Below, in pieces: positions 40,644 through 49,675 of a stretch of 64,000 bases of DNA. This stretch comes from Candidatus Latescibacterota bacterium. GTDB taxonomy: Bacteria > Latescibacterota > UBA2968 > GCA-2709665. Each line of letters begins with the position of its first letter. Within the stretch, counting starts at the first letter, position 1. The stretch lies in assembly GCA_965219455.1 (NCBI GenBank), contig OZ244744.1:96001-160000 (forward strand), written 5' to 3'. Position numbers and translations under genes: made by a program. The notes under the pieces are model-generated. The model was not told where the DNA came from. It ran no database searches and was given only the letters and a program-made list of their open reading frames with translations.

Positions 40644-41459
40644 ATGCCGCTGAAATACTCCATTCGTGAAAATATGGCGCCGGGGAATTCCATCCTGGAA
40701 AAATTCCGTAACCTCGCGGAAATCGGCATCGAAGGCATCGAAATTACAGCCAGCAGTTCGGTGGAACACGCCGCAGAAATCCGCAACGCATCCGCGGAAA
40801 CCGGCGTCACCCCCAATATCTTTTCAATCCGGGGAACGATGGGCCTTCTGGATGCACGGGTCGCGGAAAGAAGGCAGGCGTCGAACGACCTCAAAGACGC
40901 GCTCACACTCTGCGGCGACCTGGGCGGCGTCGGGGTCATATTCCCTCCGCTGATTGCAATAAAACTTCAGCATGGCCATCGTATTCCGGATCTGACTCCC
41001 TTTGCGACCACCGCGCAGCTTGAAAAAAGCCTCCTCGCCGACATCCTCACGCACGATATCGGCCCACACGCCGAAGCCTGCGGATGCAGCGTCATTATCG
41101 AACCGCTCAACCGATACGAACAGTGGTGGCCGTGCACCCTCGCGGACGGGCTCGAGATCTGCAATGCCGCCAACAGTCCCGGTGTCACCTTAATGGCTGA
41201 CTTTTTTCACATGAGCATTGAAGAGTCCGATATGGCCGAAGCGATTCGCAACTGCGGCGAACGGATCACCAACGTGCATCTGGCCGACAGCAACCGAGTC
41301 CTTCCGGGCTACGGGCATACCGACTTCAGGCCTGCCCTGCAGGCACTGGAAGATATCGGCTATAAACATTTCAGTGGTTTTGAATGCGGGATCCCACGCG
41401 GGAGCGACCCCAAAGCCGAACTCAAGAAATCCATGGACTATCTCAACAGTTTACACTAG
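40644..41459 (+). CDS. Sugar phosphate isomerase/epimerase (D-psicose/tagatose 3-epimerase-like)
   Basis: IIEPLNRYE, ADFFHMSIEE, VHLADSNR..PG.GH.DF, GFEC. Confidence 0.9.
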   Translation: MPLKYSIRENMAPGNSILEKFRNLAEIGIEGIEITASSSVEHAAEIRNASAETGVTPNIFSIRGTMGLLDARVAERRQASNDLKDALTLCGDLGGVGVIFPPLIAIKLQHGHRIPDLTPFATTAQLEKSLLADILTHDIGPHAEACGCSVIIEPLNRYEQWWPCTLADGLEICNAANSPGVTLMADFFHMSIEESDMAEAIRNCGERITNVHLADSNRVLPGYGHTDFRPALQALEDIGYKHFSGFECGIPRGSDPKAELKKSMDYLNSLH

Positions 41460-41564
41460 GATCCGGCCATCAATATTCACGCACATCGTGCGTTTTCTGG
41501 CCCGATATCGCCGCAACTGAAAATGTCGAACGCAACTGCCGAACTCGCCACGATAAGACCAGAT

Positions 41565-41593
41565 ATCCCCGGTAAATCCGGGGATTTGAATTT
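41565..41593 (+). terminator. Candidate terminator hairpin
   Basis: ATCCCCGG-TAAAT-CCGGGGAT followed by TTGAATTT. Confidence 0.45.
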
Positions 41594-41631
41594 TACGCCC
41601 CTGACACCCCCAAACACACCGGAGGTCCCCA

Positions 41632-42042
41632 GTGGACCAGCCATCGGAAAAAAGCCTGAAGCGAATGTGGATTTATTTTAAGAAATATTGCGAGAAAACC
41701 GGCACGACCGGCCATCCCGACCGGGGCATCACCGAAGCCGTCGTCAACGGCTTGGCCGCGCACGTCGACGAATTCGGTCGTCCCCTGTGCCCATGCAACT
41801 TCTACCCCGACAAGAAAGCGGAACTCGAACGCAGCAGGGAATGGATCTGCGCCTGCGACGAGATGAAAATCTACAAGTACTGCCATTGTCTGCTCTTTGT
41901 CACCCCCGAAGGCCTGCCCGTCACCGAATACCTGCCGGAAGGACACGAAGGCAGGGAATCCTACGGCCTCGTTAAAGATCCCACCCCCGAAAAGGGCCGG
42001 GAAGCCCGCCGCCGCGCCGCTGAAAAAGAATCCGGTACTTGA
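41632..42042 (+). CDS. Ferredoxin:thioredoxin reductase catalytic (beta) subunit
   Basis: GRPLCPC, WICAC, YCHCLLF six-Cys pattern; GGAGG RBS before GTG. Confidence 0.9.
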   Translation: MDQPSEKSLKRMWIYFKKYCEKTGTTGHPDRGITEAVVNGLAAHVDEFGRPLCPCNFYPDKKAELERSREWICACDEMKIYKYCHCLLFVTPEGLPVTEYLPEGHEGRESYGLVKDPTPEKGREARRRAAEKESGT

Positions 42043-42055
42043 GGATCGTCTCCGT

Positions 42056-43555
42056 ATGGGCCTCATTCGGTTTCTGGCGCCGCTCGCCTGTCTTGCAGTC
42101 CTCCTTTCAGAGGTCGCCGCAGAGGCTCAGAGTCTGGCGCAAATCAGGCGCAGAGCCTTGCAGATTGAAGGAGAGATCTCGCAGATCCGGGGGCTGCAGT
42201 TCAAGTGGTCCATCGACATCGAGGTGCAGAGTCCATCCGAGTTTCAGGCGTACGCCGAACGGCAGATCGACCTACAATTTTCCGCAATGGACTGGGAATA
42301 TTACGATCAGGTGATTCGAAAACTTGGGCTGTACAGCGGAGCGTTCATCCTCGATCGCTCGCTGTTGCTCACGTTTCTGCAAGCCGGCGCGCTCGCATAT
42401 TACGATCCCAACGTGGACCGGTTTTACATCCTGAAGCAAAACCTTCCTGAGAATGTGCTGGACGCCGTTCTGGCTCACGAACTCTGCCATGGCTTGCAGG
42501 ACCAGCATTTCGATCTGAACCGATACCTGCCCGCGCAAGTCGATTCTTTAAATTCCGACGAACAGCTCGCGCGCCAGGCGGTCGGGGAGGGCGAGGCCAC
42601 GTACATCGAGACCATCTGGACCCTGAACAACCGCAATGGGCGGATGCCGGGACGTGGGCTGTTACAGAGCATGATCGGCAGCCAGATGCGATTTGACGTC
42701 CAGTCACTCCGGGACGGGATGAAGCAAGTTGCAAGATTGCAGGGCGGTTCACCACGGGAACTGCAAACCATCGATCAACTTCCTGATTTTATGATATTGC
42801 AGCAGGCCATCGTCTACATCTTCGGCATGAATTTCGTCCACCAGATTCAGGGGTACGGATGGAACACCGTCGATCGGCTCTACACGGAACCCCCGGTTTC
42901 GACTGAACAGATCCTGCATCCGGGAAAATGGGTTGCCGGGGAAAAACCGGACCGGTTTACGTGGCCGCCGTTTCAGGAAGCGGGTCTGTTCGACGACTGG
43001 ATGCTGCTGGACGAGGATACGATCGGAGAATTGACGTGGCGGATCATCTTTTCCGAGTTCGACATGGAAGTCCGCGGCGAATCGGCGGCGCAAGGATGGA
43101 ACGGGGACCGATACGCGGTCTTCCAGTCGCGGGACGCACGGGACCTGCTTCTTCTGGTTTACTCAAGTTGGGATACCGAGGACGACGCGGACGACTTCGC
43201 GGATGCCTATCGTGAATTGCTCACGTTTAAGTACCCGTCGGATACCGGATCAATTGCCGTATTGCAGGACGGGCGGGACGTGCTGATACTGGAAAGTGAC
43301 GATTACATCGATTCCGAAGCGATGCTCGCGTTCATGGGCAGGATGCGAACCTGGGAGAGGGAGGCCGTCGCACGGGTCGATTTCGATGCCAGCGGCCAGG
43401 TGGATTTCGGTGATTTCCTGCTATTCGCGCGGAATTTCGGCAACGTGGATGGCGCGGTTGATTTCGATTCGACCTTCGATCTGAACCAGGACGGGCAGAT
43501 TAATTTTCCGGATTTCCTGGTGTTCGCAAGGCATTTTGGAAAATCGGTATCCTGA
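42056..43555 (+). CDS. Secreted putative zinc metallopeptidase with C-terminal EF-hand/dockerin-like repeat
   Basis: Signal peptide; LAHELCHGLQDQHF, EGEA, PPVSTEQILHP, GWNGDRY; two DFDxxGxVDFxDFL repeats. Confidence 0.8.
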   Translation: MGLIRFLAPLACLAVLLSEVAAEAQSLAQIRRRALQIEGEISQIRGLQFKWSIDIEVQSPSEFQAYAERQIDLQFSAMDWEYYDQVIRKLGLYSGAFILDRSLLLTFLQAGALAYYDPNVDRFYILKQNLPENVLDAVLAHELCHGLQDQHFDLNRYLPAQVDSLNSDEQLARQAVGEGEATYIETIWTLNNRNGRMPGRGLLQSMIGSQMRFDVQSLRDGMKQVARLQGGSPRELQTIDQLPDFMILQQAIVYIFGMNFVHQIQGYGWNTVDRLYTEPPVSTEQILHPGKWVAGEKPDRFTWPPFQEAGLFDDWMLLDEDTIGELTWRIIFSEFDMEVRGESAAQGWNGDRYAVFQSRDARDLLLLVYSSWDTEDDADDFADAYRELLTFKYPSDTGSIAVLQDGRDVLILESDDYIDSEAMLAFMGRMRTWEREAVARVDFDASGQVDFGDFLLFARNFGNVDGAVDFDSTFDLNQDGQINFPDFLVFARHFGKSVS

Positions 43556-43633
43556 GTTGTTTCTACGTTCTGTTTTTGATTCCACACCGCTCCTACCGGA
43601 ATTTCCTATCGCCGGGTTTATTCGAGGTCCCAA

Positions 43634-43903
43634 ATGAAGCGGAGAAAATTCCTTTAGAACCGTACCTGGCCAGGTGTCCTTTCTGGTGTTGGTTTACTGA
43701 CGTTACTTGCGGCAGCGTTTGGGATTTCAACCGGGATCGTCATCAGGTATTTTCTTCCTGACTTGGACATCGAAATTGTCGTTAGCGCCGTTGCCGGGGC
43801 GATGGCCAGTCTCGTTTTGACAAGGGACCAGTACTTGAATTGGGCACACCGAGTGGTGGAGAAGTTGTCCGGGGCATCCGAATCCGACGCTGGCGAACAG
43901 TAA
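43634..43903 (+). pseudogene. Small two-TM membrane protein ORF interrupted by in-frame TAG at codon 8
   Basis: GAGG RBS + ATG: MKRRKFL*NRTWPGVLSGVGLLTLLAAAFGISTGIVIRYFLPDLDIEIVVSAVAGAMASLVLTRDQ...GEQ*. Confidence 0.5.
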
Positions 43904-43958
43904 TAACAGAAGCGCCTGAACCGGGATGTGCCCGTGACAATACCGCTGTCGAACCGGC

Positions 43959-44861
43959 TCAGGTATCGGTCACGAATAAATCCGAAAGCGAATCATCTGA
44001 TAGTCCTTCCAGAGTAGCGATCTCCGCTTCCACCTCCTCTATAAGCAGCATCCGCAAACCGGAATCGTCAACCGCCTCACGCGCCATTTCCTTCGCTTTT
44101 GTCGTCACTTTGTCGCGCGCCCAGGCCGCCATCCCTTCAGGGCCGAGACAATCGGATTCAAAGGCGGCTATTTCACGTGTGTCGGGAACCAGGGTCTCGA
44201 GGTCCAGTGCCAGCGCCAGGACCAGATGTCGAAGAAATTCCCTGAACCCGCACTCGTTCACAGCCTCGGCAAATGGTCGCAAGACCCGCAGCGGCAGAAG
44301 CCGGATAAAGCTCAGCCGGGCGTGCAGTTCCCGAAACTTCGCGTAATCCTGCAACGGGTCCACGGGCTTCTCGTCACAATCCTCCCCTCCCGAAACCGTC
44401 CAGGTCTCCGGGACAACACGTGACCAGCGATCAATGTGCCAGCCATAATCCCGCAAGAGATGCGCCTCCGGCCTCCCCGGGATCGAACGGCAGACCCGGC
44501 CCATCTCGTCCAGGCGGACAAACGCTTCCTCCCAGCCCCGCTTGCGTATCTTCTCGAAATCCGCCTCGGCAAGCAGATCCACCGCCCGGTTGAGATCTTT
44601 CTCCGCGACGACCGTAAGACCCAGTTCAAGGCTGACCAGCGTTTGCCGCACCCCTTGCTCCAGAACCTCCCGCGAAACGGCGATCCCTGTCCGGTACCGC
44701 TGGCCAAATCTGGTACCCTCCGTTCGCAAATAAGCCAGCAGGACGTCCGGGGTGTGTTCCGACAGTTTTCCGTACCTGACCCCCAGGGCGATTGCCTGGC
44801 CCAGAAAGCCTTCCGACCCGACTCTCAGTTTTTCAAAATCAACGCCTGCCAGAGGATTCAT
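43959..44861 (-). CDS. Hypothetical helical protein (possibly DUF6178/DUF6179-like)
   Basis: MNPLAGVDF... with GGAG RBS, overlapping the upstream gene; SLELGL...DL.RA.DLL...FEKI..RGW segment. Confidence 0.7.
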   Translation of the reverse strand: MNPLAGVDFEKLRVGSEGFLGQAIALGVRYGKLSEHTPDVLLAYLRTEGTRFGQRYRTGIAVSREVLEQGVRQTLVSLELGLTVVAEKDLNRAVDLLAEADFEKIRKRGWEEAFVRLDEMGRVCRSIPGRPEAHLLRDYGWHIDRWSRVVPETWTVSGGEDCDEKPVDPLQDYAKFRELHARLSFIRLLPLRVLRPFAEAVNECGFREFLRHLVLALALDLETLVPDTREIAAFESDCLGPEGMAAWARDKVTTKAKEMAREAVDDSGLRMLLIEEVEAEIATLEGLSDDSLSDLFVTDT

Positions 44862-45870
44862 TCGTCCGCTCCACCGTGTCTGCCTGCTTCTTCTCCGGTT
44901 GCTTGCTCGTATCTTCTTCATCAACATCGCTTTCGGCCCGTTCCCACGCCGCACGGATGATCCGGGAAAGCAGTTCGGGCGCCGCCTCGTAGAGCGCGTC
45001 GAGGACGATGCCGGTTTCCGGATCGTCGATGAAAGCGCTGGGACGGGTCCCGCCGAGCCCCTCGGTGGAAAAAAGCCGGAAACGATAGACCTGAAAGCCG
45101 GGGGGCCCGACGACCTCATTCAGATTCAGATGTCCCAGGCGGTCCAGCAGCGCATCCTCCAGAAGCGACGGATCCACCGCGCGCAATAACTCCGCCCTGC
45201 GGTCGAACTCGTTAAGCGTCGCCAGGGCCTGCAGCCACTCCCAGGATACGCGTGTGCGCAAATCGGGACTGTCCACCCGGTCCAGGGTTTCCGCCATTGT
45301 GCGCTGCAAAGCACCCGGGGACATCGCCCGGATCAACTCCGTATTGAACTTCCATTCGTCGGGGTTCAGCGAAACCATATTTCCCAGGGTCTCGGCGGGC
45401 AGCAGTTCCACCACCTTGCGGCTGTAGCCCGGAACGCCGGAACCGTCCGCACCGGTCATCGAGAGCATCTCCTCCGGCGCTCCGCTCATCGCCACCAGCG
45501 CGGCTTGTTCCTCTACGGGAAGCGCCTGCACCAGCGTTCGAACCTGTTCGGCGTCACCCATTGCCAGGAGCTGTCTTAACTCCCCTTCGCGTGCGGCCAG
45601 GTCGATCAGGTTCCCGGACCAATTCCCCAACAGCACCAGATTTCCCGTCACCTCCAGCGAACCCCGTTCGGGGAGTGTAGACGTACCGGACGGGTCACTT
45701 GCGGTTTCGCCCCGTTTCTCGTCCGAGCCCTTTTCCAGTTCCCGCTCTTTCTGACACTGTACGCACGTCGACACCCCGGGCATTTCTGCCTTGCGGTCCT
45801 TCGGTATCTCCACGCCACAGACCTTACATTGCTTCCGCCCGCGAATGATCGGTTTCTGAACCATAGACAT
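44839..45870 (-). CDS. TraR/DksA C4-type zinc-finger protein with large unknown C-terminal region
   Basis: CKVCGVEIPKDRKAEMPGVSTCVQCQ; GGAGG RBS. Confidence 0.78.
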   Translation of the reverse strand: MSMVQKPIIRGRKQCKVCGVEIPKDRKAEMPGVSTCVQCQKERELEKGSDEKRGETASDPSGTSTLPERGSLEVTGNLVLLGNWSGNLIDLAAREGELRQLLAMGDAEQVRTLVQALPVEEQAALVAMSGAPEEMLSMTGADGSGVPGYSRKVVELLPAETLGNMVSLNPDEWKFNTELIRAMSPGALQRTMAETLDRVDSPDLRTRVSWEWLQALATLNEFDRRAELLRAVDPSLLEDALLDRLGHLNLNEVVGPPGFQVYRFRLFSTEGLGGTRPSAFIDDPETGIVLDALYEAAPELLSRIIRAAWERAESDVDEEDTSKQPEKKQADTVERTNESSGRR

Positions 45871-46015
45871 CCCTCCCCGCAAAAACAATGATATCCCTCC
45901 AGCAACCGCTGGAAAAGGAGGGCCAGAATACGGAACGAATCGTCTAAAGGTAAAAAATACGAAACAGATTCGAAAAAGTCAATATAATATTATGTTTTTA
46001 AAGGATTTAAAATTA

Positions 46016-46044
46016 TTGACTTCGTATGCGATTATTGTTATATT
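46016..46044 (+). promoter_or_regulatory. Sigma70-like promoter with extended -10 and AT-rich upstream tract
   Basis: TTGACT-17 nt-TATATT with TG at 46036-46037. Confidence 0.6.
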
Positions 46045-46064
46045 ATTACCGGCAAGGATGAAGC

Positions 46065-46099
46065 AGAGGGCCGAGGCCGCGAGGCGCTTCGGCCTTTTT
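46065..46099 (+). terminator. Terminator-like hairpin with GNRA loop
   Basis: AGAGGGCCGA-G-GCC-GCGA-GGC-GCT-TCGGCCTTTTT. Confidence 0.55.
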
Positions 46100-46343
46100 C
46101 GGTTTGCAAGTGACATCCGACAAACCACGAGAACGCCCGTCAGCCCCACCCTTCACGCCGGAAATTCAGTGTTTTGCGGGGCCCTGCTTCACTTAGATAA
46201 CCCTTGACAAAATAGCGCCGCACGCTGTAATTTTCGGCCTTCAGGCTGCAAGTCCCACATCGAGCGGGCCGAGGTCGACCGGTCCTTTGGCCTTCCGGAG
46301 CGCTTTCCAGTGTGCATCCACGACAATATGGCACACCCACTCT

Positions 46344-47024
46344 ATGTCCCACATCCTGCTGCTTGACGGTGAAACACACGGCATCCGACTGAAGTCAGAC
46401 CTGGAATCGATCGGTCATACCGTCTCTCACCTGGCCTGGAACCAGGACCACGTTGACAGACTCGATGCAGGCAGCCAGCCGATCAATCCGGCCGACCTCC
46501 TCATCGTCGTCGACGATACTTACCCCGGCCAACTGCCTGAAACCGTTGAACACCTGTTGCGAACCCCCGGTGCCCGAAATACGCCACTGCTGCTGATCAC
46601 CGAGGAGACCCGCGTCTCGAACCTGGACTTCGCCACCGGAATCACCGACTTTATCACCCGGCCTTACTCCCTCGGTCAACTGGAAACTCGTCTGCGCTTG
46701 ATCCTCGGACCCGCGGAACGACGGGACGTTATCCAGTTGGACGAACTGGTCATCAACCTGGTGCGCTACGAAGTCCGCGTCAGCGGCGCGCTGGTCGACC
46801 TCACGCTGAAGGAGTACGAATTATTGAAGTACCTGGTTGTCCACCGCGGTCGCGTCTTTACCCGATCGGATCTGCTTGACCGGATCTGGGGGTACGATTA
46901 TCACGGCGGAATGCGCACCGTCGACGTACATGTCGCACGACTTCGCGCGAAACTGGCCGGCTTTAACGGCGCGATTTCCACCGTTAGAGGCGTGGGCTAC
47001 GGATTTGACTGGCCTCCGGCCTAG
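46344..47024 (+). CDS. OmpR-family response regulator with atypical receiver (GlnR-like)
   Basis: LTLKEYELL, VFTR.DLL.RIWGYDY.GG.RTVDVHV.RLRAKL, TVRGVGY. Confidence 0.88.
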   Translation: MSHILLLDGETHGIRLKSDLESIGHTVSHLAWNQDHVDRLDAGSQPINPADLLIVVDDTYPGQLPETVEHLLRTPGARNTPLLLITEETRVSNLDFATGITDFITRPYSLGQLETRLRLILGPAERRDVIQLDELVINLVRYEVRVSGALVDLTLKEYELLKYLVVHRGRVFTRSDLLDRIWGYDYHGGMRTVDVHVARLRAKLAGFNGAISTVRGVGYGFDWPPA

Positions 47025-47114
47025 TGTCCCGCGGGATCCGGACGTGGTTCCTTCCCAGCAACCGGGCGTTATTCCGGCTCACCATGTTGACAACCACGAA
47101 GACGGAGGGTGGAA

Positions 47115-47672
47115 ATGGATGGCGTAAGACATCTGACAATGAAAGAACTCGAAGAGGGATTGGACGAGGTCCGTGTTTCACCGGAAAACGAGGGCATTCT
47201 GGAAATGATCGTGCGACGGCCGGCAATCGGCCAGCGCGAAGTCCTCGCCGAAGGCGAACTTCACCCGGCCGAAGGCCTTGTCGGCGACAACTGGAAGTCC
47301 CGCGGCAGTTCCCGAACGCCCGATGGATCGGCCGATCCCGATATGCAGCTCAACGTCATGAACGCCCGGTGCGCCGCCCTTGTCGCGCAAGATAACAACC
47401 GCTGGCAACTCGCCGGCGACCAGTTGTACGTGGACCTGGATCTGAGCGAAGACAATCTGCCACCCGGCACCCGACTCTCGCTCGGCGCCGCTGTTATCCA
47501 GGTGTCCGAGCAACCCCATACGGGCTGCGGAAAATTCGTATCGCGTTTTGGCGCGGATGCGATGAAATTCGTCAACTCGGTTCTGGGAAAGCGGCTCAGA
47601 CTCCGCGGTCTCAACGCGCGAGTGATTCAACCCGGCACCGTACGAGCGGGAGATGTCGTAAGAAAGGTGTAG
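47115..47672 (+). CDS. MOSC domain protein
   Basis: EGLVGDNW, AGDQLYVDLDLS, PHTGCGKF, RGLNARV...G.VR.GD. Confidence 0.88.
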   Translation: MDGVRHLTMKELEEGLDEVRVSPENEGILEMIVRRPAIGQREVLAEGELHPAEGLVGDNWKSRGSSRTPDGSADPDMQLNVMNARCAALVAQDNNRWQLAGDQLYVDLDLSEDNLPPGTRLSLGAAVIQVSEQPHTGCGKFVSRFGADAMKFVNSVLGKRLRLRGLNARVIQPGTVRAGDVVRKV

Positions 47673-47845
47673 GGGCGGACACAAGTTACGGGTACAACTG
47701 GACCGTAACCATCGTTGTTGGCGCCAGAACGACGAGTGGGGATCAGGGGAATCCGTTCTTCCGGATGGTATGGGAGTACACGACCTCCGGGTTCCTCTGT
47801 TAACCCAACTTCCAGAATCGATGACCGGTTCCACAGGGGGCAGTC

Positions 47846-48622
47846 ATGGGCTTCAGATTCTGCCATTCAATGATCCACGACTACCGCGCGGGGGGTTGCG
47901 TGATTTTCCGGCAGATCCTGCCCCCGTCGCTCATCCGCGACCTCCGTCGCGCCACGGCAAAGGCGCATCACTATGCCCGCGAAAATCGTGGCCCGCAGGC
48001 TCAGCGCCTCCAACCCATAGTCAACTACGACATCGATATGAAGCCCTTCCAGGACTATGCCGAACTTCCCCCTCTGGTAGATGCCATCAGCAAAGTGCTC
48101 ACCCCCGGGCACAAAATCGCCAACGGCGAACTCAAGCGATTGGGACTATTGCTGGAACCGGAGGAAAAACCCTGGTGTACCGCGTGGCACCGGGACCTGC
48201 GCGAAACATCGAACGTACCCGACCTGGATGAGTTTCGCCGCGTAAACCACGATCCGCTCTGGTTCAACCAGATCAACTGCCCACTCTATGAAGACAATTG
48301 TACGTGGTATGTACCTGGCAGCTATCTGCGAGACGACCTGCCGGATGAAATTGACGCGGCCGGGGCGCTCCTGCCTCCGGAAGACGAATCGTACGAAGAA
48401 AGAGAACGCGCATGTCTGGAGTATACGCAGGCGATGCCGCGTTCGGAACGGTTTTTTATGGACGCGGGAGATTTCGCGCTCTACCATCCCAATGGTTGGC
48501 ACATCGGCAACTATCTGCCCGGACGCAGACGGGTAACGATCCACGATTTCGCGCCAAGCCCTGAAGTGCTGGACTGGTATGATCGCTGGGAACGCAAACG
48601 GGCGCAACCAGCCAAGGAATAG
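47846..48622 (+). CDS. PhyH family Fe(II)/2OG dioxygenase
   Basis: AWHRD, WYVPGS, AGDF..Y...GWH.G.Y...RRR.TIH. Confidence 0.8.
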   Translation: MGFRFCHSMIHDYRAGGCVIFRQILPPSLIRDLRRATAKAHHYARENRGPQAQRLQPIVNYDIDMKPFQDYAELPPLVDAISKVLTPGHKIANGELKRLGLLLEPEEKPWCTAWHRDLRETSNVPDLDEFRRVNHDPLWFNQINCPLYEDNCTWYVPGSYLRDDLPDEIDAAGALLPPEDESYEERERACLEYTQAMPRSERFFMDAGDFALYHPNGWHIGNYLPGRRRVTIHDFAPSPEVLDWYDRWERKRAQPAKE

Positions 48623-48740
48623 ATTCAGGGTGATATCGCACTTCGTATTCGATCTGATCAGCAAAAAATCGGGTATCAGGAAACCATTCAAGTCAAACGA
48701 TGACCAACACCGGGTTCACCCATACGGGAAGGAAACCATC

Positions 48741-49592
48741 ATGCAGAAAACCTGGACGTGGACCACGACAGGTTTCGGACTGGCTGAAAAGTCGCACGGT
48801 GAAATCATGGAAACCTGCCGCTTCGCCGGTCTGGCAGGCATCGAAGGCGCACCGCCTTTGTTTGAAGGAAAAACCGAAGCCGAACTGCAGGCACTGGGCG
48901 GAAGCTATCGAGCGGCGGGACTGTGCATCGAAACGTTTCACCTCCCCTTTTCTCCCGACGACGACATCGCTTCCTTCTATGAAACCACACGGCGGCGGGC
49001 CGTGGACAAAATGCGCCTCTGGATGGGAAGAGCCTCGTTGATCGGGGCCACCTTTGGCATCCAGCATCCCACCACGAACCGGTCTGACGCCAACGTGGAC
49101 GGACTCGAAACCTATTTCCGGCAAATCGGCAAAAGCCTGGACGCCCTCTTGCGGGAAGCGGAAGCCCTCGACTTCACAATCGCCCTGGAAAATATGCTAC
49201 CGTCCGGCGGCGGACGGTTCACCTCCAGTCCCGAACATTTCGAGCAGATCGTCCGGGACTTCGCCCACCCCAACCTGGGTTTCTGCCTGGATACCGGCCA
49301 CGCGCTGGTGGCCGGCCGCGGGGATGCGCATCGCTTCTTTGAAGTCATGGCCCCCCACATGGTCGCATTTCATCTGGCCGACAACGCGGGCGACCGCGAT
49401 TCCCACCTCGCGCCCGGCCACGGACGGGTGGATTGGCGCAGATTTTTCCGGCATGCCGCACGCATCGGCTACAGGCGTACAATGTGCATCGAAACCCCGC
49501 CTTTTGACTTCGGTCCCGGCTATACCGACGGCGCATGGAAAAAGATGGTGGCCGATACGGACGCATTGGCTGAGACCGCGCTGAAAGAATAG
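48741..49592 (+). CDS. Sugar phosphate isomerase/epimerase TIM barrel
   Basis: IALENM, CLDTGH, FHLADN.G.RDSHLAPG.G.VDW, MCIE. Confidence 0.88.
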   Translation: MQKTWTWTTTGFGLAEKSHGEIMETCRFAGLAGIEGAPPLFEGKTEAELQALGGSYRAAGLCIETFHLPFSPDDDIASFYETTRRRAVDKMRLWMGRASLIGATFGIQHPTTNRSDANVDGLETYFRQIGKSLDALLREAEALDFTIALENMLPSGGGRFTSSPEHFEQIVRDFAHPNLGFCLDTGHALVAGRGDAHRFFEVMAPHMVAFHLADNAGDRDSHLAPGHGRVDWRRFFRHAARIGYRRTMCIETPPFDFGPGYTDGAWKKMVADTDALAETALKE

Positions 49593-49675
49593 ACATTCCC
49601 CACAGGTCGTTATTCGTACCTGGTCACGAAACCTGACACGGCGTTGGTCCCACGGACCGATAAGGAGCCGTTTCT

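Noticed and set aside
47668-47710. GTAGGGGCGG and the GTTACGG/CCGTAAC hairpin as a GTAG-type REP
   Set aside because: Single degenerate copy with no matching partner or RAYT gene in the window.
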